DNA of 64,000 nucleotides from a virus (Duplodnaviria; Caudoviricetes): IMG/VR virus record IMGVR_UViG_3300042554_002381, positions 43,437 to 107,436 of that record; one strand, 5' to 3'. Shown piece by piece: positions 57,719 to 64,000 of this stretch (position 1 is its first letter; each line of letters starts with the position of its first letter). The notes under the pieces were generated by a model. It saw only the letters and a program-made list of their open reading frames with translations, ran no database searches and was not told where the DNA came from. The position numbers and the translations under genes were made by a program.

Positions 57719-58408
57719 TTAATCCTCCTCGTTAGTTTCTTCAAGCATTTCTTCAAGACAAATATCTACATCACGTGGGTCGTAGACATGTACACTGTAA
57801 CAGTATTCTTCAATTACACCTACTAAATACTCTCCTTCTTCTGTAAGATTTTCTCTTTCAAAAGTCACCCACTGATAAGAACTTGCAATTTCTTCATCTG
57901 TAGATCCTTCTACTTGTTCTGAAACTGCTTCAAATTCTTTTGTAAGTTGTTCTTCAAGAATTTGTTGTACAACAGTTCTTTCAGGATGGTCAAAACCATT
58001 GGCTATTGTCAAATTGACACTGGTTTTGCTGCTTTCATGAGCCTCAATCAATACTCTGTCAAAAGGAATGTGTTTTGGAATTTTAACTGTGATGTGACAG
58101 TCAAAAGTTTTTCCTTCTTCTTCAGAATAATTATCTTCACCTTGAAAAGACTTTGTGATAGGATCGTAAGTTGCACTGCCTGAAGCACTAAATTCTCCTG
58201 CCCACGATCCATAATCTAACTGGCTAATCATCATGTCCACTAAAGCTTCTGCTTCAGGTTTTGATGTTTGTTCGCCATCAATTTCAAAGTAAACCCAGCC
58301 ACTATCTCCTCCACCTTCCCACTTAATCTCAAGCAATTTGCCTTCTGCTACTTGTGCATCGCACCAGTTCATCAGGTCTTTTATTGTATAATCGTGTGTT
58401 TTACTCAT
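57719..58408 (-). CDS. Acidic DUF6878-like protein
   Basis: WEGGGDSG motif; adjacent to the DUF6915-like gene. Confidence 0.55.
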   Translation of the reverse strand: MSKTHDYTIKDLMNWCDAQVAEGKLLEIKWEGGGDSGWVYFEIDGEQTSKPEAEALVDMMISQLDYGSWAGEFSASGSATYDPITKSFQGEDNYSEEEGKTFDCHITVKIPKHIPFDRVLIEAHESSKTSVNLTIANGFDHPERTVVQQILEEQLTKEFEAVSEQVEGSTDEEIASSYQWVTFERENLTEEGEYLVGVIEEYCYSVHVYDPRDVDICLEEMLEETNEED

Positions 58409-58803
58409 GGTAATTCAGGTTGTTTATGTGTAACAAAATCAGACTTTTCTTCTGTCATTTGCTTAAGCATTTTTCTACCGTCTCCTGGCTTATACATCCA
58501 GCCTACAATAGTCATGTTGTCAAGGTAGTCTTTGATGGTTGGTATCCATCCTAAGTCTTCTTTAATGTGTTGTTCACCAATAGCTCTTACAGGGACCATG
58601 CGTCCATCAGAGTTGGTGATATAGGTGCCAAATTGTTTTTCACACCAGAAGATACCTTCTGAGTGATGGCGCAGTGCCCGGTGACGCATATCAGGATAAT
58701 GCGCTTTGGTTTCATCAAACCAGTTGTGAAGCGGCAGATAGTCATCTATCTGACCGCCCCACTGTTTTTGGCTTGAAATAGCATGATGCAATGGATGACT
58801 CAT
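58405..58803 (-). CDS. DUF6915-like His-rich protein
   Basis: HPLHHAISS..WGG...HNWFDETK...RHRALRHHSEGI...EQHIKED. Confidence 0.75.
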   Translation of the reverse strand: MSHPLHHAISSQKQWGGQIDDYLPLHNWFDETKAHYPDMRHRALRHHSEGIFWCEKQFGTYITNSDGRMVPVRAIGEQHIKEDLGWIPTIKDYLDNMTIVGWMYKPGDGRKMLKQMTEEKSDFVTHKQPELP

Positions 58804-59240
58804 GTTTTTTCTTTAAATAATATTTGCATTCTTTGCTCAAGATTCTCCCAGTAACCTGAAGAGTTCATGTGCTTGTAAGCAACTTCAACATGTTCTGGAA
58901 ATCCTTTGGCAAGTTTTGCCTGGTTGTGAATGTCAGCACTCATAATACACTTGAACAAGCTTGTCATAAAACTGCCTGCTGTGTTGTGTATAAAAAAGTA
59001 AAACTGCTGCTCTGCTTCAGACGGTTCTGTGTCATTCAAAGAATTAACAAGTGACTCTGCTATATACAAAGCGTCGTCTCTGTTTTTTGCCATAAAAGGA
59101 CCTACAACATGTTTGCAAAACGGTGATTCATTGGCTTCACTAATGTCAAGCGCTTCGCGATATGGTTTTACATGATAAGTACCAGAAACATGCTGATAAC
59201 CCCACCATTCTTGATGATCACTTGAATTACTCATCATCAA
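58800..59240 (-). CDS. Hypothetical protein
   Basis: WWGYQH N-terminal domain plus GSF...ADIHNQAKLAKGFPE domain. Confidence 0.7.
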   Translation of the reverse strand: MMMSNSSDHQEWWGYQHVSGTYHVKPYREALDISEANESPFCKHVVGPFMAKNRDDALYIAESLVNSLNDTEPSEAEQQFYFFIHNTAGSFMTSLFKCIMSADIHNQAKLAKGFPEHVEVAYKHMNSSGYWENLEQRMQILFKEKT

Positions 59241-59451
59241 CTTGATTTACAATAATGTCAAGTTGGTCACCAATGTTTCTTAATGTTTTAGCAAGATGTT
59301 TTGCTAAACTTTTTAGAGCATCAGGATCAAGCGTGTTTAACCACTCAGATTGTTTTTCTTCTGGGCAGTCTTCAAAGCAGGTAGGTTCCCTGCGTTCTTC
59401 GTCGTCAAATTTGTGGAAGATGTACACTCCACTTAAGTTTCTGCGATTCAT
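59227..59451 (-). CDS. Hypothetical protein
   Basis: 74-aa ORF starting MNRRNLSGVY. Confidence 0.65.
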   Translation of the reverse strand: MNRRNLSGVYIFHKFDDEERREPTCFEDCPEEKQSEWLNTLDPDALKSLAKHLAKTLRNIGDQLDIIVNQVDDE

Positions 59452-59523
59452 CTTTGGTTCTATTATTTTGTACTACACAGCTTAGAAATGTAGCTTTTTA
59501 CTTCTCATTAAGCTGTTATGATG

Positions 59524-59781
59524 TCATTCGACGATTTTGTTGAAAAAGTTAGCATTAATCCAATCTTCTGCTTCACCCACATTAGGTGGAGCCTGGATGA
59601 CCCAAGTGATCTCTATGATTTCCTCTGATCCATTTTCATGGTTTTCAGTCACAACAACTGTAAATTCAAAAGTTTCAGTCTGAATTTCATCTTCCCACTG
59701 AGAACAATCGCAGGTGTACTCTCCACTATAGTATTTGGTAGAGGAAAATGGAGTCTTTTCTATTGTAAACTTTCCTTTCAT
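59524..59781 (-). CDS. Acidic hypothetical protein
   Basis: 85-aa ORF in the tightly packed minus-strand run. Confidence 0.6.
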   Translation of the reverse strand: MKGKFTIEKTPFSSTKYYSGEYTCDCSQWEDEIQTETFEFTVVVTENHENGSEEIIEITWVIQAPPNVGEAEDWINANFFNKIVE

Positions 59782-59786
59782 GGTTA

Positions 59787-60248
59787 TTATTCTTCATCAT
59801 TAAAGTGAACAGATACAGACACCAGTTCTCCCTGGTCGTCATAGTTGGCAAACACTGGATAAATTCCATCACCATAAGCAGTGCTGAAAGCAACAGCTAC
59901 ACCGTCATGTCCCAGCTTGTAGTTAAGCTGACCATGTCCTTTTGCAGACAAGGTAGCTTTACAGCAAGCGTTGTAACTGAAATTGTGCATGGAATCAGGA
60001 CTATCAAGTTCTTTCCATTCACCAGATGCTGTTAGCTGGTTCATGGTTTGACCACCATATTTTGGAATTGGTGTATCATACTTAGCAAAGTCTACACGAT
60101 ACTGCAAAATATCACCTGTAGTTTTGTGCTGGTACTTTCTGATGTCCTGAAACTCTTCTTTTTCCCAATCAGAGTCAATGTAGCAGGGATCACATAAAAC
60201 AAGCTGACCTGAGTCAACTCCTACTACTCCAATTTGTACTTTTTTCAT
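59787..60248 (-). CDS. DUF4241-like protein
   Basis: GVDSGQLVLCDP...STAYGDGIYPV. Confidence 0.7.
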   Translation of the reverse strand: MKKVQIGVVGVDSGQLVLCDPCYIDSDWEKEEFQDIRKYQHKTTGDILQYRVDFAKYDTPIPKYGGQTMNQLTASGEWKELDSPDSMHNFSYNACCKATLSAKGHGQLNYKLGHDGVAVAFSTAYGDGIYPVFANYDDQGELVSVSVHFNDEE

Positions 60249-60263
60249 GTTGTTTTTTGGGTT

Positions 60264-60935
60264 TTACTTTATAATAAATATGTCTTTGTCAACGTCTGAT
60301 GATCTGATGATAGGTACACCTTTAAAAGACAAGTTACGTGCACCAGTTACATTAAAGCTTACACTAAGCAATTCAGGAGAAAAATGTTTTAATTCAAGCG
60401 CAAGTTGATGACAAGTCTCAGGGTGCATAATGATAGAAAAATTTTCAACAGCTTTATACTGTGTGTGAAACTCTTTTTGAAGTGCTTTTTCAAGTTTGAT
60501 AACTAAAGAGTCTTCTGAGAACTTTTTGACAGTTTCTTTAGAAAAAAACTCTATATAGTTTTTCTTTATTTCCAAGGGTAACTTTTCCATTTCACTTTCA
60601 AGAGCCAAAGCTTCACTGCGCATTTCTTCAATTTTTACATTGTAGTGTGCAACAGTAGTATTAAGACACTCTATTCCAGCTTTGAGCTGTTCAAGTCTTT
60701 GTTCAAGTTCTTTGTATTCTTTAGAAGACTTGTCAGTTTCTACTGAGTGGTACACATAAGAATCAGAAAGGTTTTTAATAAGTAGATTAAGTTCTTCAGG
60801 CTCTATATGCGCAGTGTCTGAACCACTAAAATAAAAACTAGTATTAATACTTCCAGATGAACCTGATAAAGAGCTCCATGTTTTTAACAGATCAACTGGT
60901 GATAGTTCATCAGGTTTGTTTTCATCAGGTTCCAT
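60264..60935 (-). CDS. Hypothetical coiled-coil protein
   Basis: 223-aa ORF with a central heptad region. Confidence 0.65.
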   Translation of the reverse strand: MEPDENKPDELSPVDLLKTWSSLSGSSGSINTSFYFSGSDTAHIEPEELNLLIKNLSDSYVYHSVETDKSSKEYKELEQRLEQLKAGIECLNTTVAHYNVKIEEMRSEALALESEMEKLPLEIKKNYIEFFSKETVKKFSEDSLVIKLEKALQKEFHTQYKAVENFSIIMHPETCHQLALELKHFSPELLSVSFNVTGARNLSFKGVPIIRSSDVDKDIFIIK

Positions 60936-61293
60936 TAGTCAGTTTTTTAAGTTCTTCAATTTCAACAAGCACCCTGTCCATCTTCTCAGAAATTTTCAGG
61001 TTTATTTTGTTTGTGCTGCCATGTACATAGCACTCACTTAAAGACCTATAAATAGATTGCAACTCTTTCATTTTTGCATCATTTGCAGAAGTTTTTGGTT
61101 CTTCTTTGCGATTCTTGTAAATAATTTCTACAGCGTCATCTAAAGAAAAGTCTGCACCTTTCTCATGCAGCTTTGCAAAAACATCTTGAATAGTTGCTAT
61201 AATTCTCAAATTGTCAATATGAACCTCAGTCATTGCAAGAGCTGTTCTTACAAGCTCAGGTTTCAGGGTCAGTAATGGATATGTTGTTTTCAT
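60925..61293 (-). CDS. Hypothetical protein
   Basis: Likely start MKTTYPLL. Confidence 0.55.
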   Translation of the reverse strand: MKTTYPLLTLKPELVRTALAMTEVHIDNLRIIATIQDVFAKLHEKGADFSLDDAVEIIYKNRKEEPKTSANDAKMKELQSIYRSLSECYVHGSTNKINLKISEKMDRVLVEIEELKKLTNGT

Positions 61294-61675
61294 GTCGGTA
61301 TTGAAGTTCTTTAGCAATAAGTTTTAAGTGCCACTCCGCACCACCAAACCCTAAAACAGCTGCAAGATGTTCATCAGTCATTTCAGCAAGTTTTACCCAG
61401 CTGAGTGGTTCTTTGCCACTTTTACCTCTTGAGCCACGTGTAGCATGCTGTCTTACTTTTTCAAAAGGTTCATCTGCATATACAGTCAAAAGCTCAATTA
61501 ATTCAAGATCTAATGCACCATGACGCAGATAGCTCATACCTCCATCAACAGAAGCATGATTAGGACAACCACAAGTATTGTAATCATGGCGATGACGACT
61601 CACAATTGTTTTTGAACAAACTTTGCATAAGACAGCGTTATACACAATCTGTCTTTCAGTTATTTCTTTACTCAT
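61256..61675 (-). CDS. Zn-ribbon hypothetical protein
   Basis: CKVC...HRHDYNTCGC...VDGG and LAEMTDEHL. Confidence 0.7.
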   Translation of the reverse strand: MSKEITERQIVYNAVLCKVCSKTIVSRHRHDYNTCGCPNHASVDGGMSYLRHGALDLELIELLTVYADEPFEKVRQHATRGSRGKSGKEPLSWVKLAEMTDEHLAAVLGFGGAEWHLKLIAKELQYRHENNISITDPET

Positions 61676-61683
61676 AGGATCAG

Positions 61684-62556
61684 TTAAAAAATGTAACGAA
61701 TGTAATTCCAGGGGATGATGCTTTCATGCAACTTTCTAAAATCAGCAATGTAACCAGCTTTCAAAGAAGCTTTGTACCTTAGGTTTACACCTCCATATTG
61801 AGATACTTTATCTTCTTGTATCTCAGGGCGCCAGATAAGACTCTCACCGGTGGCATTGTTTTTAAGGTTTTGATGATGTCTTACTGTGTTATGCGTAAGA
61901 AAAATAACTTCTGCTTTTACAGCAGGTTTGTACTCGTCTTTGACAGCATTGTTCAAGTCTTCAAATAATTTCTGATAGTTTTCAAGCCAGTTATCTGTTA
62001 CGATTACTGGTGAAAAGTTCACATGTACATCATAACCTGCCTCAACAAACATGTTGATAGCATCAAGACGTTCTTGAATGCTTGATGTTTCAGGCTCAAG
62101 CACATCTGCGTAGCATTGTGGCATTAAAGAAAACCTGATGCGTATTTTTTTCTGAGGATTGTATAACAACAGCTTCTTGTTCACATACTTGGTGGCAAAA
62201 GAACCCATAATTTTTTCGTTCATCTTGAAAAAATCAAATATCTGTTGCCAGTTGTGGTACTTCAGGTGCAGTGCAAAGTCTTCGTTGCAGGAGATGTCAT
62301 AAGTAATCAGACTCTCATGCGTCTGGTTGGGTTTATCTACCACTGTAAAGCATGAGTGGTTATTGATAGCTGTCAGGATCTCTCCTGTGTTCTTGGCAAT
62401 GTCCAAACCTTCAGGTTTGTGACGTTTCATGTAGCAGTTGTGTGTCAAAATACCATTTGCAAAAAAGTTTTCATTTTGTAGTACAGAAAAGTTGACAACC
62501 ATTGTTTTTTTTTGTATCTTATTAATGTGCTGAATCTTCTTATATTTTAAATCCAT
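61684..62556 (-). CDS. Split intein C-fragment (40 aa) fused to the C-terminal 250 aa of a spore photoproduct lyase-like radical SAM enzyme
   Basis: VVNFSV..NENFFANGILTHN|C (intein blocks F/G), then CYMKRH, DISCNED, FATKYVN, RIRFSLMP and HVNFSPV. Confidence 0.9.
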   Translation of the reverse strand: MDLKYKKIQHINKIQKKTMVVNFSVLQNENFFANGILTHNCYMKRHKPEGLDIAKNTGEILTAINNHSCFTVVDKPNQTHESLITYDISCNEDFALHLKYHNWQQIFDFFKMNEKIMGSFATKYVNKKLLLYNPQKKIRIRFSLMPQCYADVLEPETSSIQERLDAINMFVEAGYDVHVNFSPVIVTDNWLENYQKLFEDLNNAVKDEYKPAVKAEVIFLTHNTVRHHQNLKNNATGESLIWRPEIQEDKVSQYGGVNLRYKASLKAGYIADFRKLHESIIPWNYIRYIF

Positions 62557-63385
62557 GAGCTGTCTAAATTGTGGTAGAATTACAAAAAAGGATACATCCT
62601 ATTGCAACACTACCTGTGAAACTAATTTCAAAAACCTTTTCAACCAACCTGTAAAACCTGCATTTAGAACTTTTCAAGAAGCAGGAAAGTTTTACAACAA
62701 AGATTTCAGAACTGTAAAACAGTTTGAAGGAATGTTGTTTACTATTGACAAAACTATACCTGCTGCTCATACTAAATGGGTTACTTGTAAAATATGTGGT
62801 GAATCATCTTCATCTTCATCAGCAAGAAGTGGTTATTGTAGTGATTGCACTTCTAAAGGTTTAGGTAAACAAAACCAAGGAAAACATATTTCTAAAATGT
62901 ATCAAGGTTCAGGTAATCCTAACTTTCTAGATGGTACTACTCTTTCAACTGAGTATCAGACTAATGATTGGTATAAACTCAAAAAAGAGTTGAACTTTAC
63001 TCATTGTGCTCTAACAAACAAGGAGGAAGAAATAGATTATCACCACATATTGCCAAGATGGTTTTGCAAACTTGCAGACATTGATATCTTTGATCCACAT
63101 AACATCATAGGGTTAAACCGTGAATATCACAAAGCAGTTCATCATCTTCAGTTAGATGTTGTGCTTCTACCCATCCTCTATTCTTTGTATAAAAAGGATG
63201 CTCGCCAGTTACGCTCACGGTTTGTGAGTCTACTTCAATTACATAAAGTTCATCAGTTTCCCGTTGACCAACTGCAGTCACAAAGTCTGTTTGCACTTTC
63301 TCGCTATCCAGGGAGAAAGAAATTACTGCATCTCCTTCCTGAATTTCTTCAGCCTTTTTTGGCCCAGAAGGAGTTGCAATCATAG
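62555..63385 (+). CDS. Zn-finger HNH homing endonuclease, antisense within the fractured gene
   Basis: CLNC/CNTTC and CKIC/CSDC fingers, GSGNPNF (NUMOD3-like), and DYHHILP...HNIIGLNREYHKAVH. Confidence 0.8.
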   Translation: MSCLNCGRITKKDTSYCNTTCETNFKNLFNQPVKPAFRTFQEAGKFYNKDFRTVKQFEGMLFTIDKTIPAAHTKWVTCKICGESSSSSSARSGYCSDCTSKGLGKQNQGKHISKMYQGSGNPNFLDGTTLSTEYQTNDWYKLKKELNFTHCALTNKEEEIDYHHILPRWFCKLADIDIFDPHNIIGLNREYHKAVHHLQLDVVLLPILYSLYKKDARQLRSRFVSLLQLHKVHQFPVDQLQSQSLFALSRYPGRKKLLHLLPEFLQPFLAQKELQS

Positions 63386-63506
63386 TGTCAAGAGTTACGC
63401 AATAAGTACACTCAAACAGACATCCATGCCCAAAGCTGGGTGAGATGAAGTCTGTGCTTCTGCCACTTTCTCTTATAAGCATGGATTTTCTGTTAACTAT
63501 TTTCAT
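63105..63506 (-). CDS. SPL-like N-extein (35 aa) fused to a split intein N-fragment (98 aa)
   Basis: GHGCLFECTY|CVTLDTMI (block A), TGEHPFY (block B TxxH), GWVEAQHLTEDDEL, then a stop. Confidence 0.9.
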   Translation of the reverse strand: MKIVNRKSMLIRESGRSTDFISPSFGHGCLFECTYCVTLDTMIATPSGPKKAEEIQEGDAVISFSLDSEKVQTDFVTAVGQRETDELYVIEVDSQTVSVTGEHPFYTKNRGWVEAQHLTEDDELLCDIHGLTL

Positions 63507-63702
63507 TCAGTTTGCTTTGAATAAGTTTCCACTCTGTGTCTAGTGCTTCATCGTAGCTGAAGTCTTTGCCACATTTGCCACAGGTGATGTGTTCAGCGTG
63601 CATCACACCAACTGTGTCCTCCTCAGTAATGGAAGGCTTACAGTTCTTGCAAGTACACGCATTCGGTGTTTCGCAATGCGGACAGTAAAAAGCTCCCATC
63701 AT
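63493..63702 (-). CDS. Small Cys-rich Zn-finger protein
   Basis: CPHC, CTCKNC and CGKC. Confidence 0.6.
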   Translation of the reverse strand: MMGAFYCPHCETPNACTCKNCKPSITEEDTVGVMHAEHITCGKCGKDFSYDEALDTEWKLIQSKLNENS

Positions 63703-63893
63703 AACCAGCCAGGTTTAAGGTGACCAATTTCAGTTCGTTGTCCAGTGTAGCTTTGATAATCATCCCAGTTACCAGCACAGTTGTACACTACAAATGCGTG
63801 GTAAGGGTCTTCTGAAAAAGACTTGATGATACCATGTTCTTTAGCTCCTTTGTGCACATATGTGACTTTGGTGCCTTCAGTCATTAATTGCAT
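63699..63893 (-). CDS. Small SH3-like hypothetical protein
   Basis: GTKVTY..EHGIIKS...FVVY...LKPGW. Confidence 0.6.
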   Translation of the reverse strand: MQLMTEGTKVTYVHKGAKEHGIIKSFSEDPYHAFVVYNCAGNWDDYQSYTGQRTEIGHLKPGWL

Positions 63894-63915
63894 GATTGTG
63901 TAAGTTATAGAAACA

Positions 63916-63945
63916 AAGGGTCCAGCGCATTAACACTGGACCCTT
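63916..63945 (-). terminator. Hairpin terminator
   Basis: AAGGGTCCAG...CTGGACCCTT perfect 10-bp stem. Confidence 0.6.
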
Positions 63946-64000
63946 GTTCTCTACTAATTAATTAACAGGTTTGTAAAGCATAGGTGCTTGACCGTATACA

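Noticed and set aside
62557-63104. Group I intron interrupting the SPL-like gene
   Set aside because: The interval is fully occupied by an antisense ORF with no room for a ribozyme core that I can recognise. The flanks are intein blocks with their own stop and start codons.
1-64000. Stop-codon reassignment (TAG/TGA) as in some crAss-like phages
   Set aside because: Genes are long and intact in code 11, and both TAG (e.g. 22414, 30946) and TGA end genes at sensible positions.
1-64000. CRISPR array or mini-array
   Set aside because: No regularly spaced direct repeats were seen in any intergenic region. The Cas4-like motifs belong to ordinary phage PD-(D/E)xK nucleases.

Overview
A 64-kb segment of a crAss-like (Crassvirales-related) Bacteroidota phage genome, read in the standard genetic code. 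The + strand from 1 to 31.4 kb encodes three giant virion/ejection proteins of 1442, 3877 and 2008 aa. The middle one is a phi14:2/crAss-type virion RNA polymerase with a DFDVD catalytic loop and a zincin domain. A tail-fibre operon follows, and a + strand lysis cassette lies at 36.2-38.0 kb. The - strand carries nucleotide metabolism (ThyX, class Id-like NrdA/NrdB, dNMP kinase, dUTPase, UDG), replication (PolB, primase, SSB, AAA ATPase, DnaB, SF2 helicase), a Tad2-like anti-defence protein, a tyrosine integrase next to a tRNA-Ser 3' fragment (attP-like), and small early genes. Three observations stand out. (1) A spore-photoproduct-lyase-like radical SAM gene is fractured by a naturally split intein inside its CxxxCxxC motif, with an antisense HNH endonuclease that overlaps both halves. 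(2) The three giant proteins contain only four cysteines in 7,327 residues, all at the termini that face each other, suggesting a head-to-tail disulfide chain. (3) An integrase plus attP suggests a temperate crAss-like phage. All family assignments come from motif recognition by eye; no database search was run.
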